From Octopus sinensis (taxonomy: Eukaryota), in NCBI RefSeq assembly GCF_006345805.1, contig NW_021824894.1, positions 1 to 17,427 on the forward strand: DNA of 17,427 nt, read 5' to 3'. Under the pieces are notes generated by a model. That model had not been told where the DNA came from and searched no databases. It saw only the letters and a program-made list of their open reading frames with translations. The position numbers and the translations under genes were made by a program. Of the stretch, positions 1 through 10,714 are shown piece after piece (position 1 is the first letter of the stretch; each line of letters begins with the position of its first letter).

Positions 1-90
1 CATACATACATACATACATACATACATACATACATACATACATACATACATACATGCATACATACATACATACATACATACACACACACA
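1..90 (+). repeat. (CATA)n microsatellite grading into (CA)n
   Basis: Direct tandem CATA units from base 1. Confidence 0.97.
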
Positions 91-133
91 CATATCCACG
101 TATACATATGATATCCCATATGTACATACAGAT

Positions 134-216
134 GTGTGTCTGTGTTTCTCTGTGTGTGTGTGTGTGTGTGTGTATGTGTGTGTGTTTTTGTGTGTGTGCG
201 TGTGTGTCTGTGTGTA
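134..216 (+). repeat. (TG)n microsatellite, imperfect
   Basis: TG run; explains the CVCVCV part of ORF 134..367. Confidence 0.95.
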
Positions 217-968
217 TTTAGTCCTTACCTCGCAAATGAATATGTACAGAGGACCTAACAAGGGGAAGAAATCAGTAAGAAGTGATCGCTCGACCGTCGA
301 GAAACAGCAGCCAAATATCGTTCAAAACGAACCTTTCTATTTCCATAAAGCAGGACACTTTGGATAGTATAGTTCTATATAGATAAATAGGGAAGGAAAG
401 AAAGAGACAGAAGAGTGGAGAAAGATTGTGCATAAATGAAAGAAACGGGCGTTCTAAATACACTATGAAAAGAATATCTACCAACAGTGATAACAGATTG
501 TCATATCTAAAATATCTTTGAACATATATCTTCTCTATCAGGTCTGACCTATGGTTAAACAGTAAAAAGAACAACAGTCAGTACTAGAGTATGTAGTCTG
601 CTCACCAACATGTATTCCAGCGCATCTTATATTAAATGGATGTTTTAGCAGAGAAATGGATCTCTGCCTCTTGTCATTTTATTTTCTGCCTCGTATCCGA
701 TTTTCAGATATGAAATTTAAAAGGTTTCTTTTTCCTTATATTTTAATGATTCAATAGACAATGTCTTTTAATACTGTTGCTATTGGACACGGAAATTATG
801 AAGATGTCGATCCTTCACTCCCACGCGAATCGATTTATTGATTTTTCTATGCTATATTGCAATATTAATATCATTTCTTTTCTCCACAATATGAAACTAT
901 CCGCCTGGTAAGAGAGAAAGTCTGGTGATTTGGCTACTGTAATCAGTCAGCTGGGTTAAACAATGTTT

Positions 969-1065
969 GAAAGATAGAAAGATAGAAAGATAGAAAGATA
1001 GAAAGAGGGAAAGAGAGAAAGAGAGAGAGAGAGCTACAGTGATAGATAGATAGATAGATAGATGA

Positions 1066-1149
<84 letters not shown>

Positions 1150-1275
1150 ACAAATAGGCTGATAGAGAGAAAGAGACGGAGTGATATATAGATATGGAGA
1201 TAGATAGACAGACAGACAGAGACAGACAGATAGATAGATAGATAGATAGATATACAGACAGACAGACAGACAGAC

Positions 1276-1359
<84 letters not shown>
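969..1359 (+). repeat. Compound (GATAGAAA)n/(GA)n/(GATA)n/(GACA)n microsatellite
   Basis: Direct tandem units; source of the three LSIYLSIY minus-strand ORFs. Confidence 0.97.
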
Positions 1360-1750
1360 CGAGGAAGAAAGATAGAGAAATTGGTACGTAAACAAGTAGA
1401 AAAGTACATACGTGAGTTAGTAGACAAATTGACTGACAGAGTAGTTTATAGAAATCTTCAGATTTGTTCGTTATACAGAACAGGGGAGACAATTAGAAAA
1501 TTTTGGTATTTCAGTAATCACGCAGCAACCATGGTGGGATTTCACAATCTAAAGTATTATTCGATCACACAAACCCCAGTAAGATATATCTATATATATA
1601 TCTATATATCTTACTTTGGGATGTAAATACTCACACGACGGAGCTAGTTCCAGCGATGCGCGCACATACAGATAAAGAGAAGCACACATATACACATGCG
1701 CGCACACTCACATGTATGTGTGTATCTACGTGTATATATGTGTATATATA

Positions 1751-2130
1751 AGGCGACGAGCTGGCAGAAACGCTAGCACGCCGGGCGAAATGCGTAGCCG
1801 TATTTCGTCTGCCGTTACGTTCTGAGTTCAAATTCCGCCGAGGTCGACTTTGCCTTTCATCCTTTCGGGATCGATTAAATAAGTACTAGTTACGCACTGG
1901 GGTCGATATAATCGACTTAATCCTTTTGTCTGTCCTTGTTTGTCCTCTCTGTGTTTAGCCCCTTGTGGATAGTAAAGAAATAGGTATTTCGTCTGTCTCT
2001 ACGTTCTGAGTTCAAATTCCTTTCATCCTTTCGAGGGTCGATAAATTGAGTACCAGTTGCGTGCTGGAGCCGATCTAATCAACTGACCCTCTCCCCAAAA
2101 ATTTCGGGCCTTGTGCCTAGTGTAGAAAAG
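1751..2130 (+). mobile_element. tRNA-derived SINE, dimeric form
   Basis: A-box-like ctggcagaaacg; B-box gagttcaaattcc present twice (about 1824-1836 and 2008-2020); core gtcgactttgcctttcatcctttcggg..aagtac shared with the copy at 7737-7950. Confidence 0.85.
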
Positions 2131-2332
2131 TATATATATATATGTGTGTGTGTGTGTGCGTGCGTGTGTGTGTATGTGTGTGGATGTTTTTCTCTTCCTC
2201 TTTTTAATTTAGAATAAATATATTTATCTATCTACTTGTTTGTCTGTCTAGCTATCTTCGATCTGCCTGTATATCTATATCTATCTATATACATATACAT
2301 GATCATATATATGTATGTATGTATGTATATAC

Positions 2333-2650
2333 GGCGGGTAAAATTCCGGACATCCATGGACGAGTTCTGTCCACCGGTCCTTGTCCCTCATCATCGCTGT
2401 CATGTCCTGCGTCACCCAGTGTCAACATTTGTCATCCTCAGACTCCCTCTTCTAGTGTATCATGTAGGGGTTCCCACAGTGCAACCCATCAGTTTTCTCA
2501 CGTGATAAGAATCACAGTCTATGCTGGTTGACTCACAAAAGACATATTTTGAGAATTTCTGACAAGTTCCATCCATTCCATCCACGATATATTTATTTGA
2601 ACTCTCTCTCTTTCGCTTTGCTGAGATTCCCATAATGAGATTAAAGCTGA
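2333..2650 (-). mobile_element. Possible decayed 3' end of an RTE-like LINE
   Basis: Manual minus-strand translation gives ...DMTAMMRDKDRWTELV, resembling the RTE C-terminal AMxDRxxWRxxV motif; stops and frameshifts present. Confidence 0.35.
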
Positions 2651-2892
2651 AGGAACATCTCTTCGCAACAGTAAATGCAAATTAAACCGTGTTACATTCA
2701 CCCTTGTATGGCTTTCAAGAAGGTATTTGCTCTAATTTTCAGTACTGTAAGATGTATTCGTGTCGAAAGGGACAATTTCTAAGAATATGAAGTTCGAATG
2801 TAAATAATAAATGAAATACATTAGTGGTTAAAGTGGTTAAAGTTCTGAGGTTCTTTTCTTAGACTACATCAAGGATCTTTCTAATATTTGTA

Positions 2893-2970
2893 TATGCATA
2901 CGTACATGTGTGCATATGCGTGAGTATATCTACGTATGTATGCATATGTATATATGTGTGTATCTGCATG

Positions 2971-3006
<36 letters not shown>
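2893..3006 (+). repeat. (TA)n/(TG)n low-complexity tract
   Basis: Direct dinucleotide repeats. Confidence 0.9.
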
Positions 3007-3009
<3 letters not shown>

Positions 3010-3289
3010 AATTTCATAATATGTGTAATATTATCCACTACTTTCAGGATGCATTGAAACAGCTGTAAAGACTTAATAATAGCTTCTTCCATATAATGAT
3101 GATCGCTTGTTCATATCCCATTAATGATATTTGCTATAGCATTTTCTAGCCTACTTTCCGGATTCTGCAGTGTCTACTTTGATTGAAAAGTTGGATTTTA
3201 ACAATTACAACTGCCTGAGCACAAACTTTGTTTTTATATGTTCTTGTGTAAGCATCGCCATATATGTCTGCATATGGGGCGGGGTGCTC

Positions 3290-3811
3290 TCCAATGCGCT
3301 AAAATGGTCAAGTAACCCTCTGACGTATTTCCTACAAAAAGTCAACTTCAAGTTCGGCATCTCCTTTAGCCTTTTGCACAAGTTCGCTGCAATAACAGCC
3401 CCCAACTGGTCACCGTCAATATTTCGCAGCTTTTCTCATTTTCATGGTTCTCATCTTCACCGCGGAATTTTTCGGAACCAACATTGAGTTCTACGTTTGT
3501 TATTAGTTCCCAGTAAAATCATTAGTCGTGATTTGGTTTACTCTCCGCGGATTTATATCTCATTTTGAGACGGTTCTATGAAAATAGCACTAATTTTCGT
3601 TTCATTTTGTTTTTTTTCCTACCTCTTATTCGATAACATAAAATAAACCAAGATATACAGGTAAAGTAATCCATTAACATAATTCCATAGAGCACAATTT
3701 TCACTTTCAAAACGGCTCTTCTTTAAGAGAGTAGTTACAGATGTGTCTATTCCAAAATAAACATCACGTTTTAAAGCAAGAAAATCTGCAGTTACTTTTA
3801 CACCAACCTAA
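3290..3811 (-). mobile_element. Decayed Hsmar1-like (cecropia-type) mariner: 5' TIR plus N-terminal transposase remnant
   Basis: Minus-strand ttaggttggtgtaaaagtaactgcagatttt (3811-3781) resembles the Hsmar1 TIR TTAGGTTGGTGCAAAAGTAATTGCGGTTTT. Frameshifted peptides KISAIF, LKMRYKSAE, GTNNKRRTQCWFRKF and IDGDQLGAVIAAN parallel Hsmar1 KQIRAIF, FKMGRKAAE, GTANERTVQWWFKKF and VDNDQLRAIIEAD. May extend to a weak TIR-like tract near 2821-2853. Confidence 0.8.
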
Positions 3812-3888
3812 TGTATATAAATGTATAATGTATATATACATGGCTGCATATATATGTGTGTGTGAGTGTGTGTGTGTGCGTATATATA

Positions 3889-3977
<89 letters not shown>

Positions 3978-3978
3978 T
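3812..3978 (+). repeat. (TA)n/(TG)n microsatellite
   Basis: Direct dinucleotide repeats. Confidence 0.93.
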
Positions 3979-4299
3979 AAAGACTCCGCCGGTTACGACG
4001 ACGAGGGTCCCAGCTGATACGATCAACGGAACAGCTTGCTCGTGAAATTAACGTGCAAATGGCTGAGCATTCCACAGACCGTGTACCCTTAACGTAGTTC
4101 TCGGGGATAATCAGGTGACACAGAGAGTGACAAGGCTGACCCTTTGAAATACAAGTACAACTCATTTTTGCCAGATTGGTGGACTGGAGCAACGTGAAAT
4201 AAAGTGTCTTGCTCAAGGACACAACGCGTCGCCGGGAATCGAACTCACAACCTTACGATCATGAGCCGAATGCCCTAACCACTAAGCACGCGCCCTCAC
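3979..4299 (-). mobile_element. tRNA-derived SINE with CORE-like domain
   Basis: Minus-strand A-box gtgcttagtgg (4289-4279), B-box gagttcgattcc (4246-4235), then CORE-like gtgtccttgagcaagacactttatttcac. Confidence 0.85.
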
Positions 4300-4300
4300 T

Positions 4301-4530
4301 AATGTAGATATATATATATAGATAGATAGATAGATATATACGTACATCTATATATATATATGAATTATATATATATTATATAAATATATATATATAATAT
4401 ATATATATATATATTATATGTGTGTGTGTATGTATGAATGTATGTATACATATATATATATGTATGTATATGTATATGTGCATAACTATATATTAATATG
4501 CATGCATATGTATAGTTATTGTGCGTGTAT
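4301..4530 (+). repeat. (TA)n/(GATA)n/(TG)n compound microsatellite
   Basis: Direct repeats. Confidence 0.92.
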
Positions 4531-4685
4531 GTCTGTGTGTCCTTGTGTTTCCGTGTCCTTCCATCAGGTCAGAGTTAATCATCGTCTTTTAAAAGGTTTT
4601 TTACACAGCTTATAATTTTAATTTTTTTTTTTAATCTTTCCAGATATTTGTAATTGTACCAAATGATTTTTCTAAAACCTTTTTC

Positions 4686-4699
4686 AATATATATATTAT

Positions 4700-4765
<66 letters not shown>

Positions 4766-4778
4766 TGCATGTATATGT
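4686..4778 (+). repeat. (TA)n microsatellite
   Basis: Direct repeats. Confidence 0.92.
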
Positions 4779-4940
4779 ATTCAGTCATCTCATGAATAAT
4801 GTTAACTGCATGAACTAAAACTCGGAGGGATACGGGATAAATTACCAGCATCAACTTGATATAAAAGCAGATAGTAATTATACCTTGACTTATTCTTAGT
4901 GCGAGTTCGATTTTAACAGTTATTTTTTTCAAAGCTAATA

Positions 4941-5772
4941 ATGCAAGTGACAAAGGAGCATATTCGGTATATTTTGATCTGTTGGTTAAATAAAGGCAAC
5001 AACGCAACGGAAAGTGCTTGGAATATTAATGGGGATCGGACAATAAACGTAAGCTAGCGTCAACGGTGGTTCCAGATATTCCGAGCCGGAAACTACAGCC
5101 TAGAAGACGAGCTTCGTTCTGCAAATGCTGGTGGAACAAAATACCATCATAACCGTTGAGGAACTAGCAGAGAAGTTTGGATTTGGTCTTTCAACTATTC
5201 ATCGACACCCGCGTGCCATCGGAAAAGTCAGCAAATTGGGTTAATGAGATCCTCACAAACTTTCCGAGTGTAATCGGAAACGTAGCGAATGGATGTGTGC
5301 TCTTCTTTGCTGTCACGTCTCACAAATGAACCTTTTTTGAACAGAATGGTGACTGGTGACGAGAGATGGGTTCTCTATAAAAGTGTCAAGCGCCGAAGAC
5401 TGTGGTTAGGGAAAAAAGAATCACAAGCATCCCAGGCTAAAGGTTTTCACCCACGTAAGATGTTATTTTCTGCTTGGTGGGATATGAAAGGTTTAGTCCA
5501 CTTTTAACTTTTAAAGCCAGACCAACCGATTAGAAAGGAGATCTACTACGAGCAGCTTATGTCAGCGCTTGAAGGAAAACGACCATTTTGGTTTCAAGAC
5601 GAAAGGTGTTCTTCCATCGGGATAATGCTCGGCTACATACAGCGAGGATGACATTTAAAAGGCTAGAGCAGTTTGAATAAGAAATGATGCCCCATCCACC
5701 ATATTTGCCGGATATTGCTCAATCTGATTATCATATATTCCGCAGTTTTCAAAATCATTTGGATGGAAAAAA
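4941..5772 (+). pseudogene. Mariner DD34D transposase pseudogene, 3'-truncated
   Basis: ATG at 4941: MQVTKEHIRYIL..QRWFQIFRAGNYSLEDE, ..PHKL, VTGDERWVLY, HPRKMLFSAWWD, HRDNARLH, PHPPYLPDIAQSDYH. Exactly 34 codons (one now a stop) separate the second and third catalytic Asp. Multiple stops and frameshifts; homology ends at NHLDGK. About 4779-4940 is probably the 5' TIR/UTR (no partner TIR seen). Confidence 0.95.
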
Positions 5773-6084
5773 TAAAGATCCGGTCTTTTGGCTGTCATTG
5801 TTATATGACAGCCAAAACACAGGATCATTAACGAGAGACAAGTTTATGTATGGACGTATCTGATGAAACCCAGACTGCAAAATTGATACAACACAACATG
5901 TTGAAAAGGAGTCCCACCTAAGGAACACTAACTAGCAGGGTGGCTCGAAACGACCGTTGTACAAAATTTATATCCCGATTGCAGATGACACCAGGTAGCC
6001 CAAACTGCGCCAGTGCTTTACTCAACGCTTCAAAGCACTAATCGACATATAACTATTAGTCCAAAATGTTAAACATGTTTATTT

Positions 6085-6103
6085 GTGTGTGTGCGTGTGT
6101 GCT

Positions 6104-6160
<57 letters not shown>
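6085..6160 (+). repeat. (TG)n(TA)n microsatellite
   Basis: Direct repeats. Confidence 0.95.
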
Positions 6161-6162
<2 letters not shown>

Positions 6163-6173
6163 TTATATCTAAA

Positions 6174-6472
6174 GTGGTTTCAGAGTCATGTTTTGGCTGC
6201 TAGCGTGGTGGTATCTCTTAGATACCCTAAATTATAATCTTAATAATTATTACCTTTGAAGGTTTTTATTCCCATTCTGGCCACCTGATAAGATCGGTAT
6301 TTAAATAACGAATTATATTTACTGTGGTTTTAGAGTTAAGTTTTGGCTGCTATTTCTAGCGTGGTGGTATCTCTTAGATACCCTAAATTTTAATAATAAT
6401 TATTACCTTTCAAGGTTTGAAGGTTTTTATTCCCATACTGGCCACCTGATAAGATCGGTATTTAAATAACGA
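6174..6472 (+). repeat. Two-copy tandem duplication, unit about 150 bp
   Basis: 6174-6311 aligns with 6324-6472 (gttttggctgc...ggtatctcttagatacc...gccacctgataagatcggtatttaaataacga). Confidence 0.92.
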
Positions 6473-6494
6473 TCTTATACTTATTTATATAAAT

Positions 6495-6604
6495 ATGTGT
6501 GTGTGTATAAGCATAAATATACATATATACACATACATATATACACATACATATGCATATACATGTGTATATATATATATATGTGTGTACGTGTATGTAT
6601 GTGC
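6495..6604 (+). repeat. TA/TG/CA low-complexity tract
   Basis: Direct repeats. Confidence 0.88.
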
Positions 6605-6932
6605 TGTTTTAAGCCAATTCCTAATACTTTTTTCCACACTTCAATATTTATGCGTAGTTAATTTTCTGTTGCTGTCAGCAGTCACTAAGTTAAACATCGT
6701 TAGCTTAGTCAGGTTCCTCTGCATCTTTCTTCAGCGTTAATGACATTCATAGCAATTCCTTCATTAATAAAATATTGTAAACCTTCATGATATATCAAAA
6801 GAACATGAAGCGACGAAACAACTTTTTCTTTTAATATTATTTATTATTAATGTTGTTTGCACATTTAATGAAATGATGGCGAATAGTTGTTGCTGTACTT
6901 CCTGTTTCATTAAAATATTTACTTTAAAGTTT

Positions 6933-7460
6933 GGGCTTGCTTGTGTGGTTAAGAAACTCACTTTGCAACGACGTGGTTTCGTGTTCGGCCCCGACTCGCG
7001 GTTCCTTTTTGCACAATTGTTGGATCTTTTCTCTTTGAACAGCAGATCGAGAAATTATTTTTTTTGTAACGGTAGAATGTGTCATATAAAATATATTTTA
7101 CTCGTAGTGTTGCTGAGAAAAGTTTATATTTTCAAAGTTATTTCGTGTTAAAGTAGTCGTACTCCGGTAATTTCAACCAATCAATGACGTATACTCAGCT
7201 GAATAAAATTATTGCCGTTGTTTGTCAACAACAACTATTGGCGAAATAACTTTGAAAATACAAACTTTTCTCAACAACACTAAGAGTAAAAGATGTTTTA
7301 TATGACACATTCTACCAGGGTCCGAAGTTTGAAAGTGTTTAGTTACAAACAATTAATTTCTCGATCTGCTGTTCAAAGGAAAAAGATCCCAATTGTCTTC
7401 TAATGTCTCCGACCAATGTCTTGTGAGTGAATTTTGTAAACGGAAACTTTGCAGAAGTGA
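6933..7460 (+). mobile_element. Degenerate tRNA/CORE-like SINE split by a MITE
   Basis: The head gtgtggttaag..gtgttcggcccc (6933-7013) and body tgtcttct..ccgaccaatgtcttgtgagtgaattttgtaaacggaaact (7394-7456) join into a sequence colinear with the SINE at 14465-14618. Confidence 0.7.
7021..7390. mobile_element. MITE/foldback DNA element with long imperfect inverted arms (about 125 and 150 bp)
   Basis: 7022-7145 is the reverse complement of 7242-7389 apart from a 25-nt indel and substitutions; flanked by the direct repeat caattgt (7014-7020, 7390-7396). Confidence 0.85.
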
Positions 7461-7609
7461 GTGGACAAACGAAAGAAAGCCCATATATTCTTGTAACGCA
7501 CTTCCAAGACTTTGATTTGTATGAAACTGAATCAAAATGCTTTCAATAATAATGTATATAGGATGGACCAAAACGCACCAAAACATTTGACATTTTATCT
7601 ATACTAAGT

Positions 7610-7661
7610 TATCATCATCATTGTATTCATCATCACCATCATCATCATCATCATCATCATT

Positions 7662-7705
<44 letters not shown>

Positions 7706-7736
7706 AATTATTATTATTATTATCATTATTATTATT
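7610..7736 (+). repeat. (CAT)n followed by (ATT)n
   Basis: Direct trinucleotide repeats; source of the poly-D/poly-N ORF 7599..7790. Confidence 0.96.
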
Positions 7737-7950
7737 AAGGTGTCGAGCAGGCAGAATTCTTAGTATGCCGGGCGAAATGCTTAGCGACATTTAGTCCGTC
7801 TTTCCGTTCTGAGTTCCAAATCCGCCGAGGTCGACTTTGCCTTTCATCTGCTCGGAGTCAATGAAATAAGTACCAGTTGAGTACTGGGGTCGATGTAATC
7901 GAATAACCCCCCTCCCCCAAAAATGCTGGCTTTATACCAAAATGTGAAAT
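7737..7950 (+). mobile_element. tRNA-derived SINE, monomeric relative of 1751-2130
   Basis: gcaggcagaa A-box-like, ttctgagttccaaatcc B-box-like, shared gaggtcgactttgcctttcatc..aagtaccagttg..tggggtcgatgtaatcga core. Confidence 0.85.
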
Positions 7951-7990
7951 CATTATTATTATCATTATTATTATCCTTATTATTATTATC

Positions 7991-8053
<63 letters not shown>
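7951..8053 (+). repeat. (ATT)n microsatellite
   Basis: Direct repeats. Confidence 0.96.
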
Positions 8054-8607
8054 GAGTGAGAGAGCAGTTCATGCCATCAAAGTGACACTGGAGTAGAATA
8101 TACGAAACCCAATATACCCATCATGATTACCCGTCTGATAAAGGTACACCAGGCACATGCATCACAGCCATATGTGCGCGACATGGTGATCTCATATCAA
8201 GATAAACAGCACATGACCTTGCAGGTGGGGCCCAGTTAGAATTTTTCTTCAGGTTGAGTAGCCCATCCCGCTCAAAAGGTCCCTGAATAAGGGTTGTTTA
8301 AGGATGTTGAAAGAACCACCCATGTTTCCAGAGGTGAATTATTCAAACCCCAAAGAATCCCTCTCAACAGATGGCTATGATGCTCCCCACTACTTCTGCT
8401 CGTGATCAGAGATGCACATGTCGTCAGCCACTAAGGGACATGCTCAACTGGTTAAGGTCAAACAACTGACAAGCAAATCTGTGGTATTGAGCAGAATATT
8501 TGCTGTAGCCCATCTTTTATACCAAGACAAAACAATGTACATGATAACACTTCCAATCAGTTAAGATCAGAAGCCATGAGAGCCACTGCCTGGTACTGCA
8601 TCAGAGC

Positions 8608-8611
<4 letters not shown>
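8054..8611. repeat. 558-bp (ATT)n-flanked non-coding module, copy 1
   Basis: Near-identical to 10123-10651 and, in part, 10849-11140; no ORF of 60 aa or more. Confidence 0.92.
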
Positions 8612-8677
<66 letters not shown>

Positions 8678-8680
<3 letters not shown>

Positions 8681-10107
8681 TAGTTTTATTTTTATAGCGT
8701 GCTTTCACTTCACTACCGAGCACAGCTCTGTGTGCTTTGGGTATGTGTTGTGATTTCTTGTGATGCTCTGACGGTTATTGTATGGAAAGTGTTCTGCGTA
8801 GGATGTGTGCAGTGCCTAGTAGTGCAATTTTCTGTATGTTATATGTGTTTGTAAGTCCTGGTGTTTTTGTTATGTATTTGTCTGAATATTTTTTTATCAT
8901 GCCTAATGCACCTACTATGATAGGAATTGTTTCTGTTTTCAGATTCCACATTCTAGTTACCTCTATTTCCAGGTCTTTGTATTTTGAGAGTTTCTCCATT
9001 TCTTTTAGAGACACGTTGTCATCAGCCGGTATTGATACATCAATTAGAAAGCATTTTTTTTTATTCATGATCTCTGACAACTATATCTGGTCTGTTGGCC
9101 TTAATTTCTCTATCTGTGTGTATCGGCATATCCCAGAGTATGGTTGCTTTCTCGTTTTCTGTGACCTTTTCTGGTGTGTGCCTATACCATCTTTTTTCTG
9201 TTGTTATTCATAATGTTGGCATAGCTTCCAATGTATGTAGGTTCCAACTCTGTCATGTCTGTGAATATATTCCTTCTTAGCCAAGACTGGGCAGCTAGAG
9301 ATAATATGATTTATTGTTTCTTGTCCATCTCCACATATTCTGCAGTTACTTGTAATATTTCTTTTCATTACATGTTTTTGGTAATTTCTGGTGGGGAGGC
9401 TTTGGTCTGTTTCTGCTTTGAGTCCTGAGCTTCTCAACCATTGCTGGATTTTTCTTTGTCTATTTCTTTTGCTTTAGTTTAGTCCAGTATTTACCATGAA
9501 GGGGCTTTTCTTGCCATCGTTTTATCATGGTTCGTTGCTGTTCTGTTTTTAGTTTGGATTTCATTTGTTTTATAGCTTTTGTTGTTTCTCATCTTCTTCT
9601 TCTTCATGTTTATTAGGTGGTATGATTTCTTGTTTGTATTTGTCAGCTTCCTTAAATACTGAGAACAGTTTTGTTTTGCTCGTGTTTTGCCGCTATCTGG
9701 ATCAGTTTTCCTTCCTTCTGAAGTAGATATTTTTGCAGTCCTATGGTGGTTATTTTATAGTAGTTTTCCAGCTGTATAAGGCCTCTACCACCTTCTATAC
9801 GTTGTTATATAGTCTTTCTATGTCAGATTTTGGGTGATGCATCCTAGATCCTGTCATTATTTTCTTGTTTTCCTATCTATTTTGGTCAGTTCATTTCGTG
9901 TCCAGTTAAGGATATTGTAGCTGTAACTTATAACTGGGACAGCTAAAGTGTTGATACCTATTATCTTGTTTTTAGCATTGAGCTCTGTGTTTAGTATTGA
10001 TCTAACTCGTCTATAATATTCTTTTTTTATTTTCTCTTTCATTTGTGTGTGTTGTGTCTTATCTAGTTCATGGATTCCTAAGTATTTGTAAGTTTGGCTT
10101 TGGTCTA
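8678..10107 (-). mobile_element. 5'-truncated, degraded R4/Dong-type non-LTR retrotransposon (RT C-terminus, CCHC knuckle, restriction-like endonuclease, 3' UTR)
   Basis: TYKYLG..KEYYRRVRSILNTELNAKNKIIGINTLAVPVISYS; CRICGDGQETINHIISSC..RHDRVG; NRPDIVV..IDVSIP..EKLSKYKDL..IPIIVGALG. (AAT)n on both sides of the sense strand. Confidence 0.92.
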
Positions 10108-10122
10108 ATTATTATTATTATT

Positions 10123-10651
10123 GAGTGAGAGAGCAGTTCATGCCATCAAAGTGACACTGGGGTAAAATATACGAAGCCCAATATACCCATCATGACTACC
10201 CGTCTGATAAAGGTACACCAGGCACATGCATCACAACCATATGTGCGCGACATGGTAATCTCATATCAAAATAAACAGCACATGACCTTGCAGGTGGGGC
10301 CCAGTTAGAATTTTCTTCAGGTTGAGTAGCCCATCCTGCTCAAAAGGTCCCTGAATAAGGGTTGCTTTAGGATGTTGAACGAAACACCTATGTTTCCAGA
10401 GGTGAATTATTCAAACTCCAAAGAATCCCTCTCAACACATGGCCATGATGCTCCCCCACTACTTCTGCTCGTGATCAGAGATGCACGTATTGTCAGCCAC
10501 TAAGGGACATGCTCAAATCTGTGGTATTGAGCAGAATATTTGCTGTAGCCCATCTTTTATACCAAGACAAAACAATGTACATGATAACACTTCCAATCAG
10601 TTAAGATCAGAAGCCATGAGAGCCACTGCCTGGTACTGCATCAGAGCATTT
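10123..10651. repeat. (ATT)n-flanked module, copy 2 (29-nt internal deletion)
   Basis: Colinear with 8054-8611; lacks ctggttaaggtcaaacaactgacaagcaa. Confidence 0.92.
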
Positions 10652-10678
10652 ATTATTATTATTATTATTATTATTATA

Positions 10679-10713
<35 letters not shown>

Positions 10714-10714
10714 T

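Noticed and set aside
897-1492. Three long overlapping minus-strand ORFs (150-176 aa)
   Set aside because: They are translations of (TATC)n; a stop-free repeat frame, not genes.
2537-2646. Possible 110-nt minus-strand exon (ttcAG acceptor, GTGAGT donor)
   Set aside because: No recognisable protein in any frame, and it overlaps sequence that can be read as a decayed LINE 3' end; the splice signals are plausibly chance.
2821-2853. Possible 3' TIR of the minus-strand mariner
   Set aside because: Only patchy similarity to the 5' TIR; not enough to set the boundary.
3205-3405. 66-aa ORF as a host gene
   Set aside because: Its N-terminal part is a frameshifted mariner remnant; the rest has no recognisable homology.
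7599-7790. Poly-Asp/Asn ORF
   Set aside because: Translation of (CAT)n/(ATT)n plus a SINE antisense.
8200-8450. CTGACGA and CTGAAGA heptamers on the minus strand of the 558-bp module
   Set aside because: No GAAA at a suitable distance and no helices I or III; CTGACGA is absent from copies 2 and 3.
8782-9428. Plus-strand ORFs of 143, 61 and 65 aa, and the similar antisense ORF 12384..12683
   Set aside because: Antisense shadows of LINE coding sequence.
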